Virus record (IMG/VR): IMGVR_UViG_3300002494_000025
Span: 71,375 to 135,374 of that record
Source of the DNA: a virus
Strand: one strand, 5' to 3'
Length of the DNA: 64,000 bases
Part shown: positions 26,284 through 41,083 of the stretch, one piece after another
How positions within the stretch are numbered: the stretch's first letter is position 1
Layout of the letters: each line of letters starts with the position of its first letter
Position numbers and translations under genes: made by a program
Notes under the pieces: model-generated
Databases searched by the model: none
Told to the model about the DNA's origin: nothing
What the model saw: only the letters and a program-made list of their open reading frames with translations

Positions 26284-28152
26284 ATGACTAAAAAATCATC
26301 ATGGATTTATTTTGAGACATTTGATAATTCCGTAGTACCAGAAGAACCATTTGTTACAACAACTACACAAAATGTAGTTCCGTTTGCAATGTATTTTTAT
26401 TCAAGAAGCGGAACATCCGGACAACCTGTTCTTGTAAATTTCAAAACGTTTAGTGAAATATTCAATAGAGTTGAACCATACGATCATATTACTAAGAAAT
26501 CGTTACAACTTCTTTTGAAAACTGGTAAACAAGCCTATGTAATCAACCTTAACAAAACTGGATATGGATAGTTCTATGTTACCTTAACATCAAATGTGAC
26601 TAAAATTTTAAATGTTAGTGGACAAGTACAGAGTATATCAAGAAAACTTATTGGTGGTGGTATTACCGTTTCGAATACATATACACCACAGTCTGTTGTT
26701 CAAACAAATCCTGAACAGATTATTAATTTAACAACAGGTACTGATCTCACAACACCAAGTCCCGACGGTCAACCCAACACAATAAACAGAACTGCAAATT
26801 TTATGTATGTCGAAGCTAAACAACCAGGTCAGTACTTAAGAGATCTGTAGTTTGAATTCAAATTGAGACGTGTTACCGGTGTGTCTAGTCAACCTGTTTA
26901 TCACATGTCTATGAATATCTATAAATTAGAACCAGTTGATACATATACAAATAGTGGAAATACATATACACACTTTAAACATGGATAGTTGTTAGAATCA
27001 ATTGGTGGTTTTATATCAAAAGATATTGTAGATCAAACTGGAGTTTCACAATATATTGTTGATATTGTAAACAAAAACAGTAAATACATAAATATCTTGA
27101 TACCAAATACGATTGTTGAACAACTAAATATTCTTGAAATGGAAGATCAAGAAATAGTTATTCGAACATGGGGGACAACAGATAATAAAGTTGTTTCATC
27201 TATTGCAAATACATTACCAGAGTATCTCAAATCTGACAACACACCAGAATATAGACATCCTGTATTTATAGAAAATTATAACTATGATGTTACAACTTAT
27301 GATCTCACATCACTTGTTGAAAACTTTGATGAAGTAACAATATTTAAATACTTTGTTGAAGGTGGGTTATCAAGTCTACTATCTTCATAGAAGTTTAACA
27401 ACTACATGTCGTATATAACAAAACTGGCAGAAGAGTTGTTCTTTGTGGTGTATAGAGATATTCCAAATCCATCAACATAGGTTACAAACTTGGAAAATTA
27501 TATACTTGGATTCACCAGTGATACAATTAGTTCATTTGTGTAGTTCTTCTTCCCATGGGTTGTTACAAATAAACCAACCAATTACGGTGACACCATAACA
27601 GTTCCACCATCTGTATATGCATAGATGATTTCAGACGATATAGATAATACACTTGGTGCACATGTTCCAGCATCTGGTACTACATAGAAAATTAATGATG
27701 CGATTGATCTTTCTTACAAAATGAAAAAAGAACAAAGAGACTTGATTTATGAACATAACGTCAACCCAATCTCAAAAATATTCGATAATGGTATATTTAT
27801 CTGGGGTAACAAAACTGCATACGATAAAAACTCCAAACTCAGAAGTCTCAATGTTCGTAGGATGATTAATTTTGATATTGTTCAACCACTTAGAAAGTTC
27901 TTAATCAATTATCTGTTTAAACCGTTCTCACCGGTTTATGTTGTTGAAATACAAAACTATCTTACAGATTTGATAAGAAATTTGAAAAATAGTGGTAAAG
28001 TTGAAGATATGATATTCGATGTTAAGGCAAACACTAATACAAATGAATTAATAGTTAACCTGTACATTAAACCGATTGGTGCAATCGAATATATCTCAAT
28101 TAACCTGAATATACTTCCAACAAGTGGTGAAATTACAACAACACAGTAGTGA
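26284..28152 (+). CDS. Tail sheath protein (gp18-like), 622 aa
   Basis: V*FFFPWV, VPPSVYA*M, RDLIYEHNVNPI, IWGNKT, LNVRR; ends TAG-TGA, so the true stop is TGA. Confidence 0.92.
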
Positions 28153-28204
28153 AACATCAAAATTCAAACTCTTTAGATAAATATATTACACATTAATTAT
28201 CTTT

Positions 28205-28233
28205 GAGGGTGGGTTATCCCATCCTCTTTTTTT
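28205..28233 (+). terminator. Intrinsic terminator
   Basis: GAGGGTGGG-TTAT-CCCATCCTC plus T tract. Confidence 0.75.
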
Positions 28234-28324
28234 GTATCCAGAAAACAATATTTAATAAACTTATATATGTGAAAATAAAGTATGAAAAAACTTCTTGATT
28301 ATACCAAGTAAAGGGGTGTCAACA

Positions 28325-29041
28325 ATGTATTCAAATGTTGATGAACTTAAAGAATAGATACTTTTTGAATTAGGTTATCCGGTTTTGAGAGTAGAACTTT
28401 TACCAGAACAAATTACCTATTGTATTAACAAATAGATGAAAACCTATGCGACTTATTTACCATTTAGAAAACATACTGTTATTAACCTCCCACAAGAAAC
28501 GTCCGTATTCGAAATTCATGATGATGAGAATAGAAACATACTTGGTATCGGGTTAGTCCTTACACAAACAATGATTTCAAATAATATCGTATTTCCACCA
28601 GTACTGGTAAATAGAAGTATGTATCATACAGGATTGATTGACGATTTAAAAATTAGGATTATTTCATATTAGACATACGAATTGGTAATAGAAGACTTTC
28701 TACGTAGAAGATATGAGTTCAGGTTTAATCAGTCTAATAATACCATCGAATAGAAACCAAGTATAAAAGGTTCGGTTTATATTGAATATTACACTGACTA
28801 TAAGGTTATAAATGAAATACCACGTTCTGGACAAGGGTGGGTTTTCAAATACTAGTTATAGTTATGTAAACAGATGATCGGTAGACTACGAAGTAAATAT
28901 TCTGGTCTAACGACTGCAATTGGAAATATTGAAACAGATGGACAGACACTTTTACAAGAATAGCAATCAACATTGGAATAGTTAGAACAGGAGATAAAAC
29001 TCTCAAGTGAATTGTTACGTGATATCGAAATCATTGGATAA
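28325..29041 (+). CDS. Neck protein (T4 gp13-like), 238 aa
   Basis: ELGYPVLRVELLPEQITYCINK*M and WVFKY*L*LCKQMIG...GQTLLQE* match gp13 motifs with *=Ala. Confidence 0.88.
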
Positions 29042-29065
29042 TGAACAATAACAGAGGTGTTGTGT

Positions 29066-29401
29066 ATGTAGAATATCATAAACTTATTAAATCTTACGGA
29101 GAACAATCGACATAAGAGTGTTTCAAAGTCACAATTTCCACAAAAAATTATTCGGTTAAATAGATATATTTTTATGAATAACGTTCTTAACAGTCCCACA
29201 CGTTTGAATATAATGGGTATTGTGAATGTACATAATGATAATAGACTTGATAAAATATAGTTTACTCTGAATGATATTGATTATTATTGGGTATTTTATC
29301 GGTTGAATTGGTACAAAATGGATTTTCTATCAATCCCAATCCAACCTTACAATATTGAGTACGATTATAATAAAATCATTCAGAGTGTAATTCAAAAATA
29401 A
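29066..29401 (+). CDS. Baseplate wedge/LysM-like protein (gp53-like), starts ATG-TAG
   Basis: GAGGTG RBS; RLDKI*F...YYWVF..LN; TAA stop; absent from the ORF track because codon 2 is TAG. Confidence 0.6.
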
Positions 29402-29422
29402 ATAAATTAAAAAAAAATATTA

Positions 29423-29450
29423 GGTGGTGACAGTCACCACCTTTTTTCTT
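29423..29450 (+). terminator. Intrinsic terminator
   Basis: GGTGGTGA-CAG-TCACCACC plus T tract. Confidence 0.8.
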
Positions 29451-29501
29451 GTTTTTATTTAACTTAAAAATGATACATACTTATGAGGAGTTGATAAACA
29501 C

Positions 29502-31334
29502 ATGAATAATGAATATTATCGAACATCAAGTTCAATAACTACAACATACGTCTCAAAATATATCTTTGATTTCAATGCGTTAAGACAATTTAACAATACA
29601 TATTGTGAATTTTTCCCAATTTACGAAGTAAATTATCCACTTTCTGTTGGTGGTATTAAACATTTTCGTGGTCTATATGAACAAATCTTTAACGTGGATT
29701 TTATACATAACGTCAATTCAGTAATACTAAAAGAAAAATCTATTATTTCATAGTTGTATCTAAACTACTTTAGCATATTGGGTTATATATCTTAGTATGA
29801 AATTACTAATTTGTTATCACGAAAAAAACCATTTATATTAAGTGATCAAGCAACATTATTTGAACGTGTTTATGAAACAGTCGAAATTTCTCCTAATAAT
29901 TCATTCAACCGGTTAAAAGAGATAAAGATACCTAAATTTCTGTTTTTTACAGATACATTTAATGTAACAATTGATGGTATAAAAATTGATTTACAAACTA
30001 TATATCAATACTTATTGTCACACAATTTTATTCAATTGTTAAATTCATATAGTCAAAATGTTAAATAGTATCTTAACATCTTTATATATATTACACCATC
30101 AATTACACATGAATGGACAAATGAATTATTGGTTACAAGAATACCAGATGTTCCAGATGTTACACTTGATGAAATATTACGTAAATCACATACAATTAAC
30201 TCATCATCAACCAACAGTGTTGATATTGAAAATTATACACTTACATATAATATTTTTAATAAGCTTAACCCACAAATCAGATTTTATTCAACAATGAATG
30301 TTGATATTATTGCATCAAATAGTACACAAATTATTAAACAGTATATTCGTGAACTTACATATGAATTAAAATATCTTTTTAACATATTCATCGATTAGGT
30401 TACAAATCCAAATATTGATGCATTATCATTAAATAAACAACTTAAATATGTTTATAACATTGTAAATCATTACTATGAGACAGTTTACATATCAATACAA
30501 AAAATGTATAGTGTATTAACAAATCCAAATATCAATGTAGTTGAAACATTTAATGATATTGAACATGTGTTATTAAATTGGAAACTCGATGGTAACAATA
30601 CACCATAGTTATCACAAACCGATATTGGAACCACATTTTGGCAAAAATACATAACACGTTCATTCAGTGATCCAAAATTAAATCAGTTCTTAAAATTAGT
30701 CGAAGATATCTTGTTTGTGTATTTGAAAACAAATGAACAATATTATAAACAATACTCAACGTCAATATTCTATTATTTAAAATCATATTTCAATCATTTG
30801 ATTTTACAGTACACAATATTTAAATCGGATCAGAATATTACAGAACAGATGTTATTAACAAACATGACCACTACACTACATAGTCTTAGCGATGAATATC
30901 AAAACATCTTCACATCGTATGTTAACAAAACACTTAATGTAATACTATTCTCAGATATAATACTGAGACAACTAATATTGAAGTTCAATTCAATTGTATA
31001 GTACGACACCGATACAAACACTATAATTCCAAAATCGTATATTCGGGTGACACCGATTCTTCTCTTTTTACCAAATTCTGATAAATCATAGAACAATTTC
31101 GACAACATAATACTCGACGAAATGACACTGACATCAAATGTTACAAGTTCTGGACAGTTGAATAATGAAGTAATATCTTTCAAAAAAGTTAATAATATTC
31201 CATAGATTTTTGAATCTACAACAACAACTAAATATACAAATAAAACATTCAACAACAAATCGTATTTGATTTTTATTGATGCAATACCAGTTTCTGACTT
31301 GATTAATATAATTACTTACACATTACAACAATAA
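29502..31334 (+). CDS. Hypothetical protein upstream of the tape measure (610 aa, TAG=Ala)
   Basis: ORFs at 29502, 29811, 30129 and 30711 in one frame; TAA stop. Confidence 0.7.
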
Positions 31335-31381
31335 AAAATAAAGATAATTAACCGTATTGCTGTTAAGAGAGGTGATAATAA

Positions 31382-34300
31382 ATGGCATTCAAATTTGTTC
31401 CAAAACAAAACATGACACCTGACGAAACCTTGAATAAAATAAGTGAAACACTCGATGATCTTAATCAGACAATTCATCAACATCAAACACAATCATTCAC
31501 ATCAACACAAATTGATTGGGATAAAATACAAAAATCGTTAGAAAATATAAGTAACAAATTGGACAAAATTGTTAACACAAGTTTACTAAATAAACAATTG
31601 AATAATAATAATAAAACCCCACAAAATGTATCTGAACAGATTGTTAAAGAAAGAAAGGATACAATGTTCAGAGATAAACTGATGAAGTCTCTCAATACAA
31701 TTGGAAATATACTTGGTAGTATATTGAAGTCTTTTAAACCAATACAGATAATCGTAAATTTATTTGGTAGTTTTTTTAAGGTGTTTAACAAATTATTTAA
31801 TTTCCTTGATAAATTTATATTCAAATCAAAATGGTTCACGTGGATGTTTAAAACAGGACATATTTTACTTGGATGGTTATACAAATACATTTTGTTAAGT
31901 ATTTTCAAGGGGTTTTTATCATTAGGTAAATTCATTGCAAAACCATTTACATGGTTAGGTAAATTAATTACACCATTACTTGGATGGTTGGTTAAACCAT
32001 TGGGATAGTTATTTACACCATTACTGGGTAAAGTTTTGATTAAACCATTAGAGTGGTTATTTAAACCGTTAGTCGGACTTTTAAAACCAGTATAGTCTTG
32101 GATTGTTAAACCATTTAAAAAAGCTGGTTCTACAATTGGTGGGTGGTTTGGTAACCTATTTAAACGTAAAAAGAAAACTGTTGTAGAAACAGTTGGTAAT
32201 ATGGTAGGTGGGCAATAGACTGGAAAAGCTTAGGTTGAAACATAGAAACAAGGTGGATTTGGACAAGGATTAGGAATGGTATTTCAAAGTTTATAGAGTG
32301 GTTTAACGATGTTGGGAACACCACAATAGTTGTTAGGATAGGCAACCGTTGTAGTTTTTTAGATTTAGCTAAGAATTTTACGTCCAATACTTGAAACACT
32401 AATTGGTAAAATTTCAGAAGTTGTGATTGAAATCGTTCGCTCAATAACCGAATTGACAAAATCAGGATACAATACACTTATCGAAACTTTAAAAATATAG
32501 TCAGATTTATAGAAAAAAGGTCCACAAACTGCGAATAATTTTAAAATCATTGCGGGCGGGATAACGCAACTGTAGACTTAGTTTTCTGAATTTTTTTTGT
32601 CTCTTGGTACTTCTAACGTATTAAACGCAATTAGTGGTTTTATGAATGTAATAAATCCTGCTTTCTGGTTTAAGGAAACTCGTAAAGTATTACAACAAAA
32701 TACACCATAGGTTTTGATCGGTAAATTCTTTAATGAAATAATATTCCCAATTGGTGATTTGTCAAAAACAATAACTGATTCACAATAGAAAAACTTCGAA
32801 GTTTTGTCTAAAAGTATTGAGACAATTATAAATAGTATGTCAACTCTGTCAACTACACTTTCAAAAGGACATTGGAAAAGTTTTGTAAACGGTATAAAAA
32901 GTTTCTTTACTACCATCTTTGGTGGTAACAAAAACAAAGAACCACAAGTCATATCACAATTTAGGACTATAGTCAATTTATTATTTGATAATATCTATTC
33001 AACAATTAAAAATAAAAATATACAAACAGTTGATATGATGAAAATAAATTGGTTTGTTTCAATTGTTAATAAAATGATAAACATGTTAGATACCTTATCA
33101 AAATTGACTATCACAGTACAAGATAAACTGATAAATAATCTTAAACCACTTAATAACAAAAACACTATCAGTAAACTAATCTCAAACTTGGTTAATTTCT
33201 ATGATCAGTTAAAACAACAGATTTACCCCTTAATCCAATAGTATAAAAGTTTTTACAATGAAGTTTATCAACAAATAATGGGTGACAAATCCATAACAAT
33301 ACCAGTTGATGCTAAACAAAATATTGTAAATAACCTAACACAAACATTGTCACAAATGTCTACAAACCTAATTGGATTTAAATATGGTGGTTATACTGGT
33401 AGTGGTCGAACTGATGAAATATAGGGTGTCGTCCATAAAGGTGAATATGTTATTCCATAGTAGTTGGTTCCAAAATTCAAAAATGAAATTGATAAAATAG
33501 AAAAAGAACGACTAAAACTACTTGGAACTAAAAAGTATGTTGAATCATTATTAACATTATTAAAAGCAAATTTGAAAACAACAAACATTATTGGATTTGA
33601 AGAAGGTGGTTTTACAGATTTTGGACTTGTTTTAACCACAGTACCACAAACACAATCACAAATAAATATCAATATTACACCAGATATTAAAATTTCAGGT
33701 AAGGGAATTGATACAAGTATTATTCAACAAATCATATTACAACTTTCTACAATGATCCTTAAAATACTGTCTTCCATTAGTGGTACAATTTCCAAAAAAT
33801 AGGATGTAATAATAAACGAAAACTTTATAGAAAAATCCACAACAGATAAATTACAAAGTGTATTTACAAATATAACTGAAAGTATCCTTAAATTACTCAC
33901 AGATAACTTACTTACAAAAACAATAGATAATATACTCCAACACATTACTGAAAAACAAAATTTAGATACCCCCATCCAAACATTACAACAAAATGTAATT
34001 ACAATCTTTTAGAACATGTTTACAGAAATATCATCAATGTTAACAAATATTCTACAAAATGTATATAATACAATTTTTAATGGATTAGTTGGGGGATCTA
34101 TTATATTTGTCATAACCACCTCACTAATTAACAAAATAACAGATATAATTACTAACAACATATCAAATGTTGTACAAAGACTTGTTGTAAGTGTTGTACA
34201 ATTTGTTGGAGATAATATCACCAATAGTATTGATACAATCATAAAACAAATGTCAAATTTACCAATTCTCCAACAACAACTTGATGAAATCAACAAATAG

Positions 34301-37300
34301 TTAACATCAGACAAAAATATTAACAAGGATGTTAAAACATAGTTAGAAAATCAAAAACTAACCCTTAAAGAACATGAAGAACAAATTGGTTCAACACCCA
34401 AGGATATTAAGTCTGTTGTAGAAAAAGTATCTACACTAAAGGGAACTCTCATTATAACTATTTCTTCAATGTAGAGTATAATCTTAGATTTCATAACATT
34501 CTCATTGACTAAACTGAATGAACACATATTCAGTAATAATCTAATCAAAACGTTGACTGGATCTGTAACATTAATAAACTTATTACCCACAATCACCAAT
34601 ATCATTATCAAAGATATACCAACTCTTTTAACATCTGTCATGTCAAGTATCACTTCAAATATTTCAAATATTCTCGATACACAAATAAAGGAACTTACTA
34701 ATTTACAATTTCAGGACTTAGTAAAAATTATACAAGATGTTTTTGGTACTAATGAAACAAAAAAAGAGACACAAGAAGAACAGAAACCACCTAAACAATT
34801 ATCAGAATAGGTTATCAAATTAAAAAACACTACTGTTGATTTAATCTCATCAACTTGGATAACCGTTATGGATATAATTGATTCTATCTTAGGAACATTT
34901 AATTTCCTTCTAAACAACTCTGTTACAAGAGGTTTATTAAATTTTGTTGGTAATTAGTAGGTAGTATTATCCACCATATATATGGGACTACTTACAACTG
35001 TGGTTATACCAAAAATAATCAAATTTTTTACATCAACTATCCCAAGTATACTTAATGATGCTATTAGTTATGTAACGGATGTCTTACCAAAACAATTCAA
35101 AAAGGTATTAATATCTCTTAAAAGTGGTAAAATCGAAACTAAATCCATTAACATACAAGAAATCATATCAACTATAGTAAATACTGTTTTGGATCTAACT
35201 GGTAAGATAATAAAAAACAATTAGCTTGATACAGATAAATATCAAACGATGATTATGAGTGACAATGACTTTCTTAAATCCATCGGATCCATAATGTTAT
35301 TTATGACACCGGCATTGTCATTCTTTGCAATGTCACTTATCAGTAATCTTATGACACCGATTACCGATATGTTAACAACTATATTCAAACCAGAAAACAT
35401 ACAAGGTATTGTGGAAAGTATGACAGTCTCAGATTTATCCAAGATCGTAACTACTGTAGTAACATCTGTTTTTAACATAATCACATCCGTAATTTCAGCA
35501 TAGTTCAATATGGTTACAAATATGAACATTATTACATCTGATCCCATAACAATGTATATCATGTTGGGATTACAAACAGTACTAATGGTTGAAATGATAG
35601 TTCTAATGGATTCTATAAAAGGACACGTTAATACAATCTTGTCTTCAATTGGTAGTTTGTTAAGTACAATGTTCAAACCAGAAATTGTAGAAGGCGTAAT
35701 ATTAGACACATCATCAGATAAATTGTACGATTTATTCCAAAGTATTGTTACAACAACTGTTACAATGGTTACAAGTTTAACTACTAAAGTGTTTAATTTG
35801 TTGTTTGATGATAAAACATCAAATGAACTTATAAATAGACTTAACCCATTGAATATGATTACAAATTTGGTTACAAGTCTTGGAAAACTCTTTATCGGTG
35901 GATGGTTTGTTATTAGTCTTACAGGTGTATTCCAAAATATACTATCACAAATCGGTTTGTTGCTAAATAAAATTACTACTGATATAGATGTATCAAGGTT
36001 TGATGTTAATAAACTCGATACGTTGATTAATACTGTTGTAACCACAACAGTTACAGTTGTGAGTAATATACTTACAATGTCTTTTAGTTATCTTACAGAT
36101 GAGAAAAGTATAGTTAAAATTCCAATAATTAGTGATATACAAAAGTAGATTGTTACATCATTTATATCATCTGTAATAAGTGGTTTATTAGAACCATTCA
36201 AATCAATAGTAACATCAATAGTCACATTGTTTGGTTGGATGTTTACAGAAAAAAATATTAATAATATGGTTAATAAAATGAGTACTACAACTGTTGATAC
36301 AATCATAACAGATATTATAAATACCACACTGACGATGTTAACCAATTTAATAACAAGTGCGACAAATATACTTACAACAACACTGTTCAATATATCATCG
36401 ACTGGTGGAATATTCGGATAGCTTATGGGTTTAATTATCGATACAATGATAGGTGGATTTATGACATCATTTATAAAAAATATAACAACAAATCTGTCAA
36501 CTATATTTAACAATATCACAACTCTAATAAATAGTCTTATGATTAAACTATCCAGTGATACGACATTATCACAACATGTTGAAGAGAATGGTACAACAGT
36601 AATTAATAATATACTTACAGAAGTAGTAAACACTGTATTTCCAACAATGCAAACAATTATAAGTATTGCATTACAAAGATATCAACAATCAAATAAAGGA
36701 ATGTTTGAAAGATTACTTAATAATTTTCTTGGATTTTTGTTCGGTTCTACAAGTGGTTCATGGGATCCAATGAGCGACCTTATCAACAATATAATTGTAA
36801 ATATACCAACATTGTTTACCCAAATGAGTACTTTTATAAATAATTTATTCACACAACTGTCAAATGTTGATATACTCAAAACTGTTTTGTCTGAAAATAT
36901 TGACCTTGTAAAAGATATTATAAAATCAATAGTTGACAACATTGTTAGTATTACATTAAAGACCACATTACCAGAAATTGTTAAAATGGGTATGGAAGGT
37001 AAAATAAGACGTAAGAAAAAAGATATATCACCAATTGAAGAGTTCTTTAACATCTTTGATAACACTATTGGTACTGAGGATATGTTTATGGAAGATATAT
37101 AGAAACCAATTTTATCAAACATACCAACCATCTTTGGTTATATACAAACATAGTTTAACAACATCTTAGACCCGAAAATTTTGAATTATTCACAAATACT
37201 ATAGGATAGTGATACTGGAAAAACTATTATAATCTCACTGTTTAATGCTGTAATTGATTCAATATTCAAGTCTTTCTTTAGTATGGTGTTTGATAAGGAT

Positions 37301-38896
37301 AATTTAGAGAAAAACATAGAACTTTTATCCGTTAAAAAGAAAACCACACAAACATGGTTCTTTATACCAATTAGTGAAACAATAGAGGAGATAAATCCAT
37401 TTGTAACATTGACAACAGATTTATTTAGTAAACTACCAATTCTATTTGATAAAGTCATTAATGGGTTTGATAGTTTAATTACACAACTAGTATCAAGTGA
37501 TACATTTAAGAATATTGCAACAGATAATAAAACGATTATAGAAATGACAAAAATATTATTTTCTTCTGTTCTAGATATGATACTAAAAACTGTAGTTGGT
37601 ACACTATTGACAAATGCAATTGAAGGAAAATTGAATGTAATTCAAAAAAGACTTGTTACAGAAACAGTTACTACAACCAATGAATCTGGTAATACTGTAG
37701 TACAAACTATACAGAAAGAAGTATCTGAAAAAATAAACCCATATATTGATACTGTGTTTACACCAATTCTAAGGAGACTACCACAAATATTTGAATTGAT
37801 TTTTGGTACAACAGATAAACCAGGTGCGTTTGACAAAATACTTAATAGTATTGATATTACAAAAATCGTAACAAACGACATTACACTACAGACAGAATTT
37901 ATTAAGAGTATTTTTAATTCAACACTTGACATGATTTTTAAAACATTATTACCCGGGTTAATTAAAGCAGGTATATCCAGGAAGTTTAGACAAACAACAA
38001 CAACGACAACCGGGTGGTGGCTCTGGTAGAAAACTGAAACTAAAACAATGGATAGTTTCGTAGAAAATGTGTAGAAACCAATCTTAGAAAAATTACCAAG
38101 TATATTCAATCGTATATCAGGTGTGTTTGGAACTATACTTGATAATCTGAATGTTAATGATATGTTTAAACAGGATACAGATTTACCTAAAACATTTGTA
38201 AAAAGTATTTTCGATAACACAATTGTTTTTATGTTCAATACTTTAGATAATTTACTCAACACCGAAAGTTCATGGAGTATTGATAGATCGTTATTAGATA
38301 CCATCAATGCTACAAAAACATCACTTTTGACAAGTTTTCAAAACATGAGTACTGCAATTGATACTATTATCTCATCAATTAGTACAACAATACAATCTAC
38401 ACAACTTGATACAATACATATTAACAATATCGTAAGTAATCTTGTACCAAGTATTTCAAATGTTTTCAATCACATGATTACAATTATTATGGATTCGGGG
38501 GTTTTGGATGCATAGATTAACGTAAATGTTGTAAACGGACTTTGGAATGTACTTGAATAGTTTGTAGATGAATTATCATCACATGCACCAGATATCGCAG
38601 GTTCTCTGTTTGGTTCTTTAACGTTTAATTTTGATTACGACGAAATGAAACGAAAGTTAACAATGACATTCACTAACATATCTGAAATTACAACGGAGTT
38701 CGAACGACAAAAACTCGAACTTATGACAGAATAGAATACATATTTATCCCAGATACAATCAGATGTATAGGAAATTAAAATATTACTTAGTCAAATTAAA
38801 GATAATATCCTTAACAATAATAACAATAATGGTCGACAACAAGTAGTATACCAAAGTAGAGATGTTGTTAACTATATAACATCCGGATTGAGATAA
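31382..38896 (+). CDS. Tail tape measure protein, 2504 aa, TAG=Ala
   Basis: Twelve listed ORFs in one frame; amphipathic W/F/P repeats; GGYTGSGRTDEI*GVVHKGEYVIP** motif; TAA at 38894. Confidence 0.85.
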
Positions 38897-39035
38897 TTAT
38901 AAATTATGTAAAATATATAAAAACGTTTAATAATATGTATATTTTATGTATCATAATAAAACTTAATAGTGTAAAATTGTTTTTCATTTCGTTAAAAATT
39001 ACAACAATACACTTATAAAGCGGGGTGATATATCA

Positions 39036-39449
39036 ATGATAATAAATGAAGAAGTTGATAAGGCAATAGAACTAACGTAGGAGATAAATGCAAGAGTTAT
39101 CGATAGTTATGAAACGAAGATAAGTGAATTACAAAACGCGTTAATGTTGTAGGTGGAAATTATTGATACATTGTTACAGAAAGTTGAACCAACAGAAACT
39201 GAGTTCATCGAGTACCTGAAAGGTAAGATATCTCAAATTAAATCGGTTCTTGAACCACAACCACTTATCTCTAAACCTACACAAAATGAAAATATTGTTG
39301 GTACATCAGTATTTTCAGATGATGTACAAACTTAGAAATAGGAAGAAGATAATGGAGATAAAGAGGAAGATGAAGAAGTTGATCACTTTGAAAATGTTAA
39401 AAATGAATTAGAAGAGAAGCTGTTAAAGTGGTTACTAGATAGTAAATAA
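39036..39449 (+). CDS. Prohead core/scaffold protein candidate (137 aa, 4 TAG)
   Basis: Acidic coiled-coil ORF immediately upstream of the capsid gene; RBS GGGGTG; TAA stop. Confidence 0.6.
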
Positions 39450-39491
39450 TCTACAAAATCAACTAATTTAGTTAAGAGGGGGTATATAGCA

Positions 39492-40931
39492 ATGACAAAA
39501 GATACAGTTGGTTTAATACTTGAAAGAAATTGGAATACTTACAAAAACGTTATTGTAGAGAGTGCATTCAAAAATTATTATGGTAAACAGACAAATAACG
39601 TCCAGAAAGAAGTATTAAAGATATTACTTGAAAATACAAAAAGGAACATGATTACTGAAGGTCTTACAACATCTACACAGGCATCTATTGCAGTTCCTGT
39701 TATTCTTGGTCTTACAAAGAAATTCTTCCCAAAACTTATTGCGAACGAGATCGTTTCTGTTCAACCACTTACAAGACCAACTGGTATTGTGAAGTTCAAG
39801 AAAATTAGATTCCAGGATGGTCGTGAGCTTGCAAGTGATAAAACAGATGGTCTTCTCTCAACTGATACATCATTTGGTACTGAACAGTATCAATCACTTA
39901 CACAACGTGTTTCTGTATCAATTGCAGGTGGTGCATCAACAACTGTTACATTGAATGGTGTACAACCACCATTTAAGGGTGTACAGATTGGTTCATTTAT
40001 GGTTAAATTACCAAATGGTATAACAATACCTGAAGTAAATGGTACCATAGTTGTAGATGAGTTTAAGATTACAATTAATTACTACACTGGTGTAATTACT
40101 GTTCAAAATACGGGTAATAGTACCACCCCAGTTAGTAAAACGTTTGATGTTATTTACAACACCGTTGCATTTGAAACGAATTCCCCAGACACAATCGGTA
40201 GAGTATTCTTTGACTTTGAAAACATTCCAGTTAATGCAATAACAAGAAAACTCAAGGCCAGCTGGACATATGAATTCTTAGAAGATATTCAGGCCGAACT
40301 TGGTGATCTTATCAATTTTGAGCAGGAAGCATTTGAAGATGTTTCTGCAATAATTGCTGCTGAAATCAACAGAGAAATAATTATGGATATAATCAGTGGT
40401 GTTCTTTCGTATGGTAGTAATATTGTTGAATGGCACTATAATCCAGCAACATTGAGTGGTAACAACTGGTTAACAGCAGAAGCATACTTCAGAACGCTTA
40501 TACACAAAATTAATGAGGTTGCTGGTAAGATCACAAGAGCAACAAAGAGATTTGAACCAAACTTTATAGTCGTTTCACCATACACAAAACAGTTCATAAT
40601 TAATGGTCTTACACAATATGAATGGAGACCATCCGAGAATGTTACTGATGCACTTGACTATGCAAAGATTGGATTTGCACTCAGTGGAACAATTTCTGGT
40701 AAATGGAATATGTACGTAACACCAAGTATTCCTGATGGTTATATTATTGTTGGTTATAAGGGTTCTGGTGTTGCAGACAGTGGTTATGTCTATGCACCGT
40801 ACATTCCATTGAAGGCAGTACCAATCACATACGAATCAATTCCTGGTCTCTACTTCTACACAAGGTATGGTAAAACTATGTACTCCCCATGGTACTACGG
40901 TCTTGTAAAGATTCCTGAACTTCTTTCATAA
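39492..40931 (+). CDS. Major capsid protein (T4 gp23-like)
   Basis: PKLIANEIVSVQPL..PTG, RKLKASWT, EINREI, VGYKG...YAPYIPL; no internal TAG. Confidence 0.95.
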   Translation: MTKDTVGLILERNWNTYKNVIVESAFKNYYGKQTNNVQKEVLKILLENTKRNMITEGLTTSTQASIAVPVILGLTKKFFPKLIANEIVSVQPLTRPTGIVKFKKIRFQDGRELASDKTDGLLSTDTSFGTEQYQSLTQRVSVSIAGGASTTVTLNGVQPPFKGVQIGSFMVKLPNGITIPEVNGTIVVDEFKITINYYTGVITVQNTGNSTTPVSKTFDVIYNTVAFETNSPDTIGRVFFDFENIPVNAITRKLKASWTYEFLEDIQAELGDLINFEQEAFEDVSAIIAAEINREIIMDIISGVLSYGSNIVEWHYNPATLSGNNWLTAEAYFRTLIHKINEVAGKITRATKRFEPNFIVVSPYTKQFIINGLTQYEWRPSENVTDALDYAKIGFALSGTISGKWNMYVTPSIPDGYIIVGYKGSGVADSGYVYAPYIPLKAVPITYESIPGLYFYTRYGKTMYSPWYYGLVKIPELLS

Positions 40932-40949
40932 TAATTGACACGATTAAAT

Positions 40950-40990
40950 AAAAAAGTCCCCCAGGGTCGGTATCCTGGGGGTTTCTTTTT
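40950..40990 (+). terminator. Intrinsic terminator after the capsid gene
   Basis: CCCCCAGG...CCTGGGGG plus T tract. Confidence 0.8.
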
Positions 40991-41083
40991 ATCAAAATTA
41001 AGGATATCGATGAACTTTAAATAAAACTTAACAATGTGTGAAAGAAAGACTAATCATTACTTTGTTATGGGGGTGTCATTCTA

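Noticed and set aside
22341-38307. Many minus-strand ORFs over the fibre and tape-measure genes, and similar shadow ORFs elsewhere
   Set aside because: They are antisense shadows of long AT-rich coding frames, with no RBS or motifs
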